Origin: an uncultured Planctomycetota bacterium
GTDB lineage: Bacteria > Planctomycetota > Planctomycetia > Isosphaerales > Isosphaeraceae
Reading direction: 5' to 3'
DNA: 64,000 nucleotides
NCBI GenBank assembly: GCA_963845755.1
Contig: CAWJTV010000005.1
Coordinates: forward strand, 384,001 to 448,000
Shown here: one piece after another, positions 11,124-22,325 of the stretch
Layout of the letters: every line of letters begins with the position of its first letter
How positions within the stretch are numbered: position 1 is the stretch's first letter
Notes under the pieces: model-generated
Told to the model about the DNA's origin: nothing
The model's database searches: none
Seen by the model: only the letters and a program-made list of their open reading frames with translations
Made by a program: the position numbers and the translations under genes

Positions 11124-13416
11124 TGGAGTAGGCTCCCCATGGTGGTTGTTTGTGGGAACACTGTGCCGAGCGGCGTCCCCGGTACGAGCTCATCGGGCCG
11201 GATCGCCCGGACCCGCGCCGCGCAGGCCTTGTAGGCGGGCTGCCGGGACTCGGGATCGAAGACGGCGTCGGTCAGTCGGTTGGTGGATCCGTCGTGCATG
11301 GGCAAGAAGAGATGTCGAATCGGGACGGTCGGAGTCAGGAACGCTCGGACGCGAGCCTGCCCCCGGCGTGACTCGACGATCACCCACTGGCCGGGCCGCA
11401 AGCCGAGACCCTCGGCGTCGGCAGGGTTGATCTCGACGTAGGGGTCCTGGGGATACAACTTCCGCAGGATATCGGACTTGCCCGTACGTGTCTGGGTATG
11501 CCACTGTGCGGCACTACCTCGGCCGGTCAGGAGCTGGAGAGGAAACTCGCCGCCCGGTGGCTCGGGCGTCGGGCGCGGCTCCTCGAAGACGAACCGGGCG
11601 CGGCCGTCCTTGTGGTAGAAACGGCCGTCGACGAAGAGACGCCGTTGCGGAGCGAGATCCGCGCCCTCGGTCGGGAACGGCCACTGGATACCGCCGGTCT
11701 CGTCGAGCATGTGGTAGTCCGTGATGCCGGAGATGTCGCAGGGCATCTCCGTCGTGAGCGTCTTTAGGGACCGGAAGACCGCCTCGGGCGATTCCCACAG
11801 GGCGAACATCGAGCCGCAACCGTAGTAATGAGCGACGAGCTTGAAGATGTGGAAGTCGGACAGGGCCTGGCCCGGGGCGCGGCGCACTTTCTTGATCAGC
11901 CCGATCCGCCGCTCGGAGTTAATGAATGTACCCTCCTTCTCACCCCAGGCGGCCGCCGGCAACACTAGGTCGGCAAGTCGGGCCGTCTCGGTCGAGTGGT
12001 ACATGTCCTGCACCACCAAGAAGTCCAGCCGGTCGAGGATGGCGCGGAGACGGTCCTGGTCGATCCAGGAGTGGGCCGGGTTAGTGCCGATCACCCACAG
12101 GCCACGGATCTTGCCATCTCGAATGCCATCGAGGATCTGATCGTAGGCCCAGCTCGCGCTCCTGGGGATCCGTTCCTCAGGGATCCCGAGCAGTCCGGCG
12201 ACCTTGGCGCGGTGCAAGGGGTTGGCGAAGTCGTGTCCCCCAAGAAGATTGGTGGTGTTCGAGAACAGTCGGGAGCCCATCGCGTTGCACTGGCCGGTGA
12301 TCGAGTTGGCCCCGGTCCCCGGCCGTCCGATCTGACCCGTCATGAGCGCCAGGTTGATGATCGCCTGCGCCGTGCGCACACCCTGATGGCTCTGGTTGAC
12401 GCCCATCGTCCACCAGAAGGAGACGCGTGAGCGCTCGTGGATTCGCCGTGCTGCATCGTGGATCGTTTCGGCGCTCAGACCAGTCTCGCCGGCCACCCGC
12501 TCATCATCGAAGGGGCGGACGAAGGCGGCGAATTCGTCGAATCCGGTCGTATGGGCCTCGATGAACGGCCGGTCGATCCAACGGTTACGGATCAGCACGT
12601 TTGCCAGGCTATAGAGAAGCACGAGGTCGGTCTTGGCCCGCACCGGAAGGTGGAGCGAGGCGGCCATCGCCGTCTCGGTCCTCCGGGGATCGACGACGAT
12701 GATCTCTGGCGAGTTGCGGTTACGCATCACCCGCTCCCAGAGGATCGGGTGGGCGATGCAGACATTTGCGCCGATCAGGACGATGCAATCCGACTCCTCA
12801 AGATCCTCGTAGGAGTAAGGCGGGGCATCGAACCCGAACGCCTGCTTGTAGGCCACGACGGCCGTCGCCATGCATTGGCGCGTGTTGCCGTCGCCGTGAA
12901 CCACACCCATGCCGAACTTGGTCAAGGCCCCGAGCATCGCCATTTCTTCGGTGGCGATCTGACCCGTGCTCAGGAAGGCGATGGACTCGTCGCCGTGGGC
13001 CGCCTGGATCGCTCGGAACCGGTCTGTCATCGCCGTCAGCGCAGTGTGCCAGTCGACCGGCGACTGCTGGCCATCCGCGCCCTCAGGAGTGGCACCGTGG
13101 CGCGGTCGGGGGCATCCAGGACGCTCAGCGCTTCCCAGCCCTTGGGACAGGCCAGGCCGCGATTCACGGGGTAGTTGGTCGTCGGGGTGAGATTAACCGC
13201 CTCGCCATTGCGGATGTGGATGGTGAGGCCGCAGCCCGTGGAACAGAAGCCACAGACCATCCCCGTCGTCGCGTCGGGTGTCTTGCCGGCGGGGACTTGC
13301 CCCAGCCCAAACCCGCCCTGAGCCCTGAGCAGTTCGCGAGTCAATCGGCCGTCGCGGGCACGGACGAAGTTGAGTGCGCGGTCGAGCAGTGTCGGGCTCC
13401 CGCTGGCGATCGTCAC
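11120..13416 (-). CDS. nasA: Molybdopterin nitrate reductase catalytic subunit (NasA/NarB-type), frameshift ~13070
   Basis: N-terminal CGFCSTGC...CPKG 4Fe-4S motif (tail of ORF 13036..15132), NTRQCMATA Mo-ligand motif, [20 protein letters not shown] and [15 protein letters not shown] start overlaps the upstream TGA. No twin-arginine signal. Confidence 0.88.
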
Positions 13417-15132
13417 GGCAGCAGCCCTCCCGGCATCTTCGGCCTGACAACCGCGGCGAAGAACAGGTACCGCTCGGCAGTCTCCGCTCCGATCGATGTC
13501 GCCAGCGCGAGGATCGCAATTGCCGCCGTCGTTCCGGGACGCGCCCCAGGCCGCTGCCGAGATGGCCAGCGCCGGCAAGACGACGCCGCCCGCCAGGCCA
13601 AGCGATTGTCGTAGCCTGGACTGTCGATTCAGCGCCCCGCGAAGCAGGAGTGCCGTTCTTTGCAATGTTCTCACATCGGACCGGGAGAAGTCGCGAACGA
13701 GCTTCGCCTCGAACCCGAGTTTGGCGAACGAAGAGGCGATCAAGCCCATTGCCACGAGCCACAAAGGAAACGACGAGATCGCGTCAAGTGCGTCGGCGCC
13801 GCCGACCTGAGCGATGCCCAGCGCCGCCAGTGCAGTGGCCAGGCCGAGTACAACCGCGGTTCCCGCGAACTTGATCCCGACGTAACACGCGCGCCAGAAC
13901 TCCCGTCGAACGGCGTGGTAGACCATCACCGAGCTAGCAAGGCCCGCCACTCCCGACGCGACAACGGCCCCGAGCAGAGCCAATCGCAACCCCGCCGAAA
14001 CGGGCACCCAGACCGGTCGAAAGAGATCCAGCGCCACGGAGACAGTCGCGAGTGCCGCGAAGAACCCGAAGGCGAGCACCTCGCGACTGAGCCACGAATG
14101 CCTCAGGCCGATGATCGCTCGGTAAGCATAGAGTGGCCGGCCCAGATGGAGGACGCTCGCTATCAGCCCCGCCCATCCCATGCCGAGGCAGAGGGCGGTG
14201 TGGAGGACCGTGCCGACGCCGTGGGTCGCCCCGCCTGCGACGGCGGCCAGTTCTACCACGAAGCCGCCGACCGCCAGTTGAGTCAGCACGAGCATGACGA
14301 CCAGTGGCCAGTGAGCGTGCTCGGGCTCGAGGCGGTGGTCATCCGCCGGCAACACGTCCCCGGGTCCCCGCAGGTGGCTCGACCGGTAAAAGGTTGTTGG
14401 TAGAGTGGATCCCGGATCCGGCACACCGGGCAGGAACACACCAGCCTCGGCCCGCGCGATGACCTCTTTGCGATCTACGATCCGAATAACGATCGCCTCG
14501 TGCGGGCAGGCCTGGATGCAAGCCGGGGCCTCACCGGCCGCGAGTCGATCGCTGCACATGTCGCATTTGCGGACGATTCCCTTGCCCGCGTGAAACCTGG
14601 GCGCATCGTACGGGCAGGCCAAGGTACAGTACTGGCAACCGAAGCACTGGTCGTCGAGATGCCGGACGATCCCCGTGACTGGGTCCTTCTCGTAGGCGTC
14701 GACCGGGCAGGCGGTCAGGCAGGCCGGTTCCAGACAATGATGGCACGCGGTTGTTATATGCTGAAGGATCGGCAGCCCCGGCTGTCCACCAAGGACCAGG
14801 CCCACCTCGCGCCAGGACTCGCCTTCGTCTAACCCGTTGAGGTTGTGGCAAGCTGCCACGCATGCCTTGCAGCCGGAACATCGGTCAAGGTCAACCTCGA
14901 ACGCATACTGCTGCCCAGGACCCGGGGGTTGGGCCGGCATCAGGGCCGAGTAGTACCGGCCCTGGAGCGGCGCATCCGCGTCTTCGTGGATCTGTGCGAA
15001 CCGCTCCACGGCGCTGAGGTCCCACTGCTCCTCCAGGAAGGAACCGATCAGGCCGGCGTTCGGCAGGATCGCCCCGAACGCTGGCTCTCGGTCCAGCACC
15101 GGCATCGTAACCTGCGATCCAGCGAAGTTCAT
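13413..15132 (-). CDS. Fused 4x[4Fe-4S] ferredoxin (DmsB-like) plus DmsC/YnfH-like membrane anchor, frameshift ~13545
   Basis: Cys groups CSGCKACVAAC, CHHCLEPACLTACP, CFGCQYCTLACP and CDMC...CIQACP, followed by HWPLVVMLVLTQ, SVLHLGRP..SWLSREV and AERYLFF (DmsC-type motifs). Confidence 0.85.
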
Positions 15133-15273
15133 AAAAACAAAGCTCCGGTCGAATGTCCGGCGTCAGGACGAGGAATCGCCGCTCGGGCTTCACTCGAATG
15201 GCTGTGCAGGTGTGGCCGCCAAGCACTGCCGGTGAGGAGAGGAACCAGATGGCGATCAGCGGATGAGGCAAGA

Positions 15274-15289
15274 AGCAGAGCTCGTGCCG
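15274..15289 (-). promoter_or_regulatory. Candidate sigma-54 -24/-12 promoter of the nitrate operon
   Basis: Minus strand reads CGGCACGAGCTCTGCT versus consensus TGGCACG-N4-TTGCW, with exact GG-N10-GC spacing, about 140 bp upstream of the first operon gene. Confidence 0.6.
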
Positions 15290-15442
15290 AGCTATGGGCC
15301 AGCCGTCACATCTAAGGTGAATCGCTTCGGAACGACGAAAGCCAGTTTCGGATGGCTTCGGTTTCCCTTCAAGGGCTTGCGCAAAACCGAAGGGTCAACC
15401 GCATGGACCCGAGATCGAGGCCCGCCCAGGCTTTGGGCGCGA

Positions 15443-15456
15443 TTGCTAAAGATCAA
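15443..15456. promoter_or_regulatory. Possible FNR/Crp-family box
   Basis: TTGCT-AAAG-ATCAA, one mismatch to TTGAT-N4-ATCAA, in the spacer upstream of the nitrate operon. Confidence 0.3.
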
Positions 15457-15586
15457 GGCACGCTCGCGGTGCCAGAGCTGGCCAGACTCGCTCGTGCGCA
15501 AGGACCAGTCGGGTTGTCTGGGAGCACTAATCCTCGTCGCTCTCCCGCCCCAGCGCGCTCAATGGAACTGGTCCCGGGACGACGTC

Positions 15587-16220
15587 TCAACTCGGGTCGC
15601 GGACGCCTTCTAACCCGACCTCGTGGACGACGGTCAGCCGCAGGAGTTCGATCAGTGAGCGGACCCCGAGCTTGCGCATAAGGCTCGATCGCCTCAGCTC
15701 GACGGCTCGGGGCGTGATCTGGAGCGAGCTCGCGATTTCCTTATTCGGCCGCCCCTCCTTGATCAATTCGAGGACCTCGCGCTCCTTGTCGGTCAGCCGG
15801 TCGAATCTCAGTGCCAGCTTCTCGCGATTGGCGATCCGGCCGCGGCGCTCGGTGTCGTTCTTGATCGCGCGCTGGACCTTGTCCAGGAGAGTCTGGCGAT
15901 TGAACGGCTTCTCGACGAATTCGACGGCACCGGACTTCATGGCCCGAACCGCCATCGTGACATCGGCATATGCCGTGATGAAGATGACGGGCATGCCTTC
16001 GCCACGCGCGACCAATTCTTCGAAGAGGTCGAGACCGCTTGTTCCCGGCATCCGCACGTCGAGGATCACGCAACCAGGCCCGTCCGGGGTGAAATCGCGG
16101 AGGAATTCGGCGGCTGAGGCGAATGTCTGCGGGGCGGAGCCCGACGGTCTTCATCAGCCAGCGCAGCGAGTCCCGCATGTCGGGGTCGTCATCCACGATG
16201 TAAACTGCTGACTGATCCAT
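15587..16220 (-). CDS. FixJ/LuxR-family response regulator, frameshift ~16135
   Basis: MDQSAVYIVDDDPDMRDSL..., then ILDVRMPGTSGLDL, AMKSGAVEFVEKPF and LTDKEREVL...NKEIA (LuxR HTH). Confidence 0.9.
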
Positions 16221-17670
16221 CGTCGATACTGCCGGACGGAAGCCTGAAGTGGAAGCTTGTTCTGGCGCCGGGACAGGATGTGACGCTGATCCGCCCCTGG
16301 TGGGCCTCGATGAGGGTTCGGCAGATCGCCAGGCCCATGCCCAGCCCACCGGCACGCGTGCTGAAGTACGCATCAAAAACCCGGTCCAGTGACTCGGGAT
16401 CGATCCCCTCTCCATTGTCGATGACGGCGAATTCGACACCCCCGGACTCGGCTCGCTGTGTCTGCATAACTAACATGGGCTGAAGCGGTTGCGCCGCGAG
16501 AGCCTCGAAAGCATTTCGAACCAGATTCACGAGGACCTGCTGAATCTGAATGGGATCGCCCCACAGATAAGGCAAATCGGGTGCCAGCTCTACCCGGACG
16601 GCAATCCCCCGCTGTTCGGCCTCTCCGCGGAGGATCTCCTGGACCTCCTCGACGACTCGGTTCGGCTCGAATCTCTCGCGCCTCAGTTCATGGCGGGTTA
16701 CAAACTTGCGGATCCGGTCGATGATCTGGCCGGCGCGGAGCGTCGTGGCCAGCAGTCGCTCCACCGCAGTACGGACTTCATCCAGGGCCGGCTGTGGCGC
16801 CGCGAGTTCGACCAGACAGCCCTCGGCGTAGTTGGCGATGGCACCCAACGGCTGGTTGAGCTCGTGGGCCAAGCCGCAGGCCATTTCGCCGATCGTCGTC
16901 GTGCGTGCGACGTGACTGAATTGCTCGACGAGCGCACGGTGCCGCTCGCCGGCGAACTCCAACTCGCGGGTCCGCAAGAGGACTCCGGCCTCCAGATCGT
17001 CACGCGCCTGCTTCAACTCGGAGATCCGGCGCCGGATCAGTGCAGCCGCCGGTCGGAGGATGAACAGGCCGATCGCCGCGAGGGTCACCAGGATCAAGCC
17101 CGTGACGATCCATCCGATACGACGAAGGTCGGCGACCCGACCTCGTGCTTCTCTCTCGTAAAGTCCGACGACTTGATCCATTCGTCGGAGGTATTCGGCC
17201 TCGTTGTCGAGGATGATTCCCACTTCCTCCCGTACCCTGGCGATGCCGTGCCGGAATTCGTTGTCGTCTTGCGTCATCTGCCGCGCCGCGTCGCGCATCT
17301 TCACATAGTAGGGATAGAGGCCCTGCAGCCTGTCCCGCACGATCTCACTACTCCGGCCGACTCGTGATGGAGCCTCTTCGTCGCGAAGGAGTTGTTCCTG
17401 GGAGACGGACCAGATTCCGAGCACCTGTCTCATCTCTTCGAGATAAGCCTGCGCCCCTCCGCCCCGCCCGCCTTCGATGGCCAGGGCAGCCTTGACCAGG
17501 CGCTGACTGAGCATACGCTGCCGACCGGCAACATTGATCAAGGGGGCATCGGTCATCAGTTGGATCAAATACGGCTGGACCAACACCTGATTGCCCAGGA
17601 CCAGGATCGCTACAACGGCTAGAGCGATCCAGTACCTCTGGCCGAAGATTTCCACAATCTGCTCATTCAT
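16189..17670 (-). CDS. Sensor histidine kinase with NarX/PilJ-like periplasmic domain and FixL-type kinase core
   Basis: TM1, then INVAGRQRMLSQR (P-box/N-box-like), TM2, GLAHELNQPL (H box), QVLVNLVRNA, DNGEG, FSTR and GLGMGLAI. Confidence 0.88.
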   Translation of the reverse strand: MNEQIVEIFGQRYWIALAVVAILVLGNQVLVQPYLIQLMTDAPLINVAGRQRMLSQRLVKAALAIEGGRGGGAQAYLEEMRQVLGIWSVSQEQLLRDEEAPSRVGRSSEIVRDRLQGLYPYYVKMRDAARQMTQDDNEFRHGIARVREEVGIILDNEAEYLRRMDQVVGLYEREARGRVADLRRIGWIVTGLILVTLAAIGLFILRPAAALIRRRISELKQARDDLEAGVLLRTRELEFAGERHRALVEQFSHVARTTTIGEMACGLAHELNQPLGAIANYAEGCLVELAAPQPALDEVRTAVERLLATTLRAGQIIDRIRKFVTRHELRRERFEPNRVVEEVQEILRGEAEQRGIAVRVELAPDLPYLWGDPIQIQQVLVNLVRNAFEALAAQPLQPMLVMQTQRAESGGVEFAVIDNGEGIDPESLDRVFDAYFSTRAGGLGMGLAICRTLIEAHQGRISVTSCPGARTSFHFRLPSGSIDDGSVSSLHRG

Positions 17671-18089
17671 AATTGTGTCTCGATGACATGGCTGCCTCAG
17701 CGCTTTGTGGCGATACGCTTGTCGATCGCCACCATGGCCCTGCAGACTCTGGGCATCAGGGCGGTCATCCGGGTCGTGCCCCTCCACGATCCGTTCGAGA
17801 TCCGTGTCCCGACACTCCTCGTTCCGATCACTCGGGGCTCGCTGTGTTCATTCTGCCGGTTCTGCCGGCAAGCTTGAAGAGGATGACCGGCAGGTTTTCC
17901 GGAGCTGGTCTGATCTTCGCACCATCGGCTTCGACCTGTAACGTCATCCTGGTCGGTATCAGCCATGGCTCGAAGAGCCCGGCGCGCCCTCATCATACGG
18001 AATCGGCCTCCCAGGACTTGCGGGCCTTCAGTATGATTGGCAGGTTCCGATACGGAGCGGGCAGGTCATCGCATCGAAAGGAGTCATCG

Positions 18090-20861
18090 ATGGTCACGAT
18101 TCCTGCATCTGTCCCGGTGCTCTTCCTGGTTCTTGCGATTTCAACTTGTGCGGCCGGGACGCCAGGGTCCGCACTAGCCGGCACGGGAACGAAACCCCGT
18201 ATCCTGAATCTCCGCGTTGTCGAGCGCGACGGGGAAAAGCCCATTGGGGGCGTGGCGATCCAATCCTTGCCGGGTCGCGAGGACAAACCGGAATTCCAGG
18301 GCACCTCGGATGCACAGGGTCGCTGCGCCATCCCGATCCCGTCCAACGCCGGGAAATCGCATCACTTCGCCGTCCTCGCGTGGAAAGATGGTTTTGTTCC
18401 CGTCCGTGTCATGTGGGGTCATAACCGGGAGTTCGAGTTCGAGGGAATCCCCGCGACCTACAATGTGATCCTCGATCGAGGCACCCCGATCGGCGGAGTC
18501 CTGCGCGACGATCGGGGCCGGCCCGTTGCCGGTGCCCGGGTCTTCCCGATGCTCAGCGATCGACGGAGTGAGATCGAATACCTGGATCTCCCAAGGGACA
18601 CGAGCTTCACCACCGATTCCGAGGGCCGATGGCGATCCACGATCCTCCCGGCCTCGCGGGAAACCGGCGAGATGCGCTTTCGTGTCGAGCACCCTCGCTT
18701 CCTCAGCAGCCGTCGAGACTTCGATCGGCGCCTGCCGATCAAAGAACTCCGCGCCCTGACCGCGACGATGGTGATGGAAACCGGCTTCACCCTGCACGGC
18801 ACGGTCACCGATCGGAAAGGCAAGCCGATCGAAGCGGCCGCGGTCGTCTGTTGGGGCGCCACTCAGGAGGACGACCAGGTCCGTGTGAAATCCGGGGCCG
18901 ATGGCCGGTTTCAATTCGCGAACCGCCCGCCTGGGATCTCCCTGATCACGGCCGAAGTGCCGGGTCTGGCGAGGGACGTGAAACAGGTCTGGCTCGGTCC
19001 GCCCGACTCGAATCCAGGTCCGCCTTTGATGGCGGTGGTCCCGTTCGCCCCCAACGACGCAAAGACACCCGCCCGCGACCTGTCGATCGAACCGGAGCCC
19101 TTTGCCTCCATGCCCGCAAACTTCTTCGCCAGCGACGCAACGCAGATCGCCCGGGACGGGCCTTGCAAGCCGCCGCTGATATTTTGCCTGGGGCCGGGAC
19201 GGACGATCCGGGGGCGTGTCCTCGACGCCAAGGGACGGCCCATTGCCGGGACGAGGGTCACGCCCGAGTTCAAGGGGCATCTGGACCTGCTCGGCTGGCG
19301 AGCCGATACCGACACCGATGGACGCTTCCGGTGGACGAACGCGCCGCAACCGACTTGGTTAGCCATCCGCCCTGTGAGACAGATGCCTGATGGCCAATTC
19401 CAGGCGACGAGCGCGCCCCTCGAGGTCATGGTCCTGAACGTGGAAAACCCGGCAGATGGCCAGAGGTTCCGCCGGTTCGGTCCGGGCGCGCAGGACGGCG
19501 AGTTCGTCGTCACGATGCCGCCCCCATTCCGCTTGCGTGGAAAGGTTGTTGACGCCGAGACGGGCCGGCCGATCGACCAATTCCGACTGATCGAGGGTGT
19601 CGTCTGGACCCACGATTTCGCTCCCGAGGATGACGAGGACCCGCCGGACTGGTCTCTCGGTCGAGGCGCCACGATCGTCGGCGGCCACTACGAAGTCCGC
19701 TTTCCCAGATTGAGCCCTCCGGACGAGATGCCGGATTTCTATTACACAATGCTGGTTATCCGCGTCGAGGCCGAGGGATATGCTCCGGCGATCTCGTGGA
19801 GATACGATGTCAAGGAGGGCGAACAGACCTGCGACTTCGCCTTGCACAAGCATCCCTGGATCAAAGGAGTGGTGCGCGCGCCTGATAATTCGCCGGTCGT
19901 CGGAGCCGAGGTCGCAGTCGCCGTCCCGGGCCGGCCTGCGCCGATCATCTACAACGGACGGCTGGCGCGAGGCTGGCCAGGAGATGTCGTCCGGACGGGG
20001 CCCGACGGGAGGTTCTCTATTGCGATCCCCGACCAGGGCGGCCGGATCGTCGTGGTGAGCGATCGGGGTCTCGCCCAGCGTACGCTCGAGGAGCTGATCG
20101 CTGAACCGATAGTGACCCTCGAGCCCTGGGGCGGAATCCGCGGACAACTCCGAGTCGGGACGAACGTCGGGGTGGGCCGGCTCGTCGGCGCGGTGGTCTC
20201 GCAGTCCGACCATCGCGGGGAGCCTGCGGTATCCTTGACCTCGCGGGCTCTGACCGACGCCGATGGTCGGTTCTTGATGGATCGGGTCGCGCCGGGCCAC
20301 GCGATGATCTTCCGGCCGCACTGGTTTGCCGACGGCACGTCGTATCACTCGCATCGCCGAGGGGTGGACATCGCATCGGGTCAGCAGGTCGAACTCACGC
20401 TAGGGGGCGCGGGTCGGCCGGTCATCGGCCGCATCACTCGGGCCGCAGGGCTGCCATCGTTCGACCTCGACTCCGTCACGGGCCGGCTCCGGTTCGTGCA
20501 GCCAACACCGCGGTTCCCCGAAGGCTTCCAGGAATGGGTCACTGAGAAGCAGCAGAGGTGGTGGCGTGCGTACTTCCAGACCGAGGAAGGACGGAGGTAC
20601 TACGAGCGGGCCAACGCCTACGTTGTGAAGGTCGAGCCGGACGGCTCATTCCGCCTCGACGACGTTCCGGGGGGCCGCTACCGGCTGAACTTCGAGTTCG
20701 AGACCGTTGCCCTCGACTCGTCTAAGGACCCGAACAACGTTCCGACCAGGATCGCCGTGCTGGAGATATACTTCGTCACGCCCTCCGGCCCCGACCACAA
20801 ACCGATGGATCTCGGCACGTTGACCCTGACGCCGCCCGCGCCGGATGTGGTCGACCAATAA
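18090..20861 (+). CDS. Secreted protein with repeated carboxypeptidase-regulatory-like beta-sandwich domains
   Basis: GGAG RBS and signal-like N-terminus; repeated GxVxDxxGxPIxGAxV...TDxDGRF units typical of planctomycete secreted proteins. Confidence 0.7.
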   Translation: MVTIPASVPVLFLVLAISTCAAGTPGSALAGTGTKPRILNLRVVERDGEKPIGGVAIQSLPGREDKPEFQGTSDAQGRCAIPIPSNAGKSHHFAVLAWKDGFVPVRVMWGHNREFEFEGIPATYNVILDRGTPIGGVLRDDRGRPVAGARVFPMLSDRRSEIEYLDLPRDTSFTTDSEGRWRSTILPASRETGEMRFRVEHPRFLSSRRDFDRRLPIKELRALTATMVMETGFTLHGTVTDRKGKPIEAAAVVCWGATQEDDQVRVKSGADGRFQFANRPPGISLITAEVPGLARDVKQVWLGPPDSNPGPPLMAVVPFAPNDAKTPARDLSIEPEPFASMPANFFASDATQIARDGPCKPPLIFCLGPGRTIRGRVLDAKGRPIAGTRVTPEFKGHLDLLGWRADTDTDGRFRWTNAPQPTWLAIRPVRQMPDGQFQATSAPLEVMVLNVENPADGQRFRRFGPGAQDGEFVVTMPPPFRLRGKVVDAETGRPIDQFRLIEGVVWTHDFAPEDDEDPPDWSLGRGATIVGGHYEVRFPRLSPPDEMPDFYYTMLVIRVEAEGYAPAISWRYDVKEGEQTCDFALHKHPWIKGVVRAPDNSPVVGAEVAVAVPGRPAPIIYNGRLARGWPGDVVRTGPDGRFSIAIPDQGGRIVVVSDRGLAQRTLEELIAEPIVTLEPWGGIRGQLRVGTNVGVGRLVGAVVSQSDHRGEPAVSLTSRALTDADGRFLMDRVAPGHAMIFRPHWFADGTSYHSHRRGVDIASGQQVELTLGGAGRPVIGRITRAAGLPSFDLDSVTGRLRFVQPTPRFPEGFQEWVTEKQQRWWRAYFQTEEGRRYYERANAYVVKVEPDGSFRLDDVPGGRYRLNFEFETVALDSSKDPNNVPTRIAVLEIYFVTPSGPDHKPMDLGTLTLTPPAPDVVDQ

Positions 20862-20944
20862 CGAGGCGGCCGTGAGTCGTATCGCCTACCCGAACCATGG
20901 GCGGGAAGGCCATGAGGACGCGAGAGAAGGAGATCCCGTATCCC

Positions 20945-21876
20945 TCAGGTCCCGCGATGGCGTGGCTCGTTGCCTCGAGAGGAAGGCTTCGAGGTGGACA
21001 CCTTCTTGGCCTGGGGCCTTTCGGGATCCGCGGGAATCAATGAAGTGGGCAGGACCTCGTCCTCGCTCGTCAGGTCGGGAAAGCCCGGTGCAAAAGTTGG
21101 CGGGACGACCGTCATGAGTTGCTTGGCCGACCAGATACCATGCCGTTCATTCCCGGGGAAGTAGACCGGGGTGTCGAACGTCAAGGGCTTGTCCATCGTG
21201 TATTGTGAGGCAAACCGCAGACCGAACATGCAAACGGGGAACTCGGGGGCGCGCTCCATGTCGCCCACCCTGATGGCTTTGGACAGCTCGATCCCGGCGG
21301 CCATGAAAGCTTTCTGGGTCATCTCGACGCAAGAAAGCGCCTTGTCGTCGAGGGAGAGCTCGTAGTCGAACGGCACTTGCTCCTGATACACCCTGTGACA
21401 GTAGGCCATGACCTCGGGGATGGCCCGGCGATACTCCGGACGCAACCGCTTGACGCCGATCCAGCCGACGTTGTCGAGGATCCAGACGCAGAACGGCTGC
21501 CGGGCCACGCCCGTGGCGGCGTGGTATCGTAAACCACCGGCCCCTCTTCCTCCATAGACACGACACCAGTATGCGAGAACGGGCTATTGCTGCAATTGGC
21601 CAGGAATCGGCTCATCGGGAAATAGCCGTGCAGGAGGCGGGCATCACCCCGGCGGAAAACGATGTCGCCATCGCGCAGCACCTGACGGCCCCATCGGTCC
21701 CAGCGCGCCATATGAGGGGTCATGACGATCGGAGGCATCCTCCCCTCGCGCCGGGCTTCCGTGGCCGTTGGACCATAAAAATTGCCCACGTAGCCCGAAG
21801 CCAACTGCTCGCTCATCTCACGCTCTTCGGGATGGAATAACACGATGGAGAGGAACCAAGCGAGGATTCCGGTCAT
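20945..21876 (-). CDS. Permuted papain-like amidase (YiiX/YaeF-like), frameshift ~21515
   Basis: LRDGDIVFRRG...FSHTGVV (His) precedes PFDYELSLDDKALSCVEM (Cys), the permuted NlpC/P60 order. Confidence 0.75.
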
Positions 21877-22325
21877 GACAAGTATGCCTCAATCCTTGTG
21901 TGCGCAGTCCTTGCATTGGGGAAGGCCCGTTCCCGCGGGCCAGCTAGTCAAGCAAGCCACGATATTGATCGGCCGAGAATTGTCGGAAAATCACCAGCCG
22001 GCGGGGGTATTCTTGCCGGCGGCATGTTGGGGTCCTGACAATCGGCCAAACCCCGGCTCTAGACTCTTCGAAGGATTTCGCCGGTAAAGTGTAACCAGCA
22101 ACTGCCGCGTTTTCGAGCAAATTCAATGGTGCCCAGATGATTCCAATGTGAGCCATCGGAGAAATCGATAGCTTCGATTCCTCAGGCACAACAAGACCAG
22201 GACATCCAGGCCAGGCTCGCCCCCGAGTTCTGCTCCCCTCGATCGCCACGTCCAGTTGACGTGCCCCGATCGTGCGCAATCCACCGTGGGCGGTACGAGG
22301 AGCATCGGGTTGGGCGGATCCCTCG

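Noticed and set aside
13036..15132. Apparent 698-aa triple fusion of ferredoxin, DmsC and nitrate reductase N-terminus in the ORF track
   Set aside because: Caused by an indel near 13545; the DmsC end (AERYLFF...GGLLP stop) is in ORF 13413..13601 and the reductase has its own GTG.
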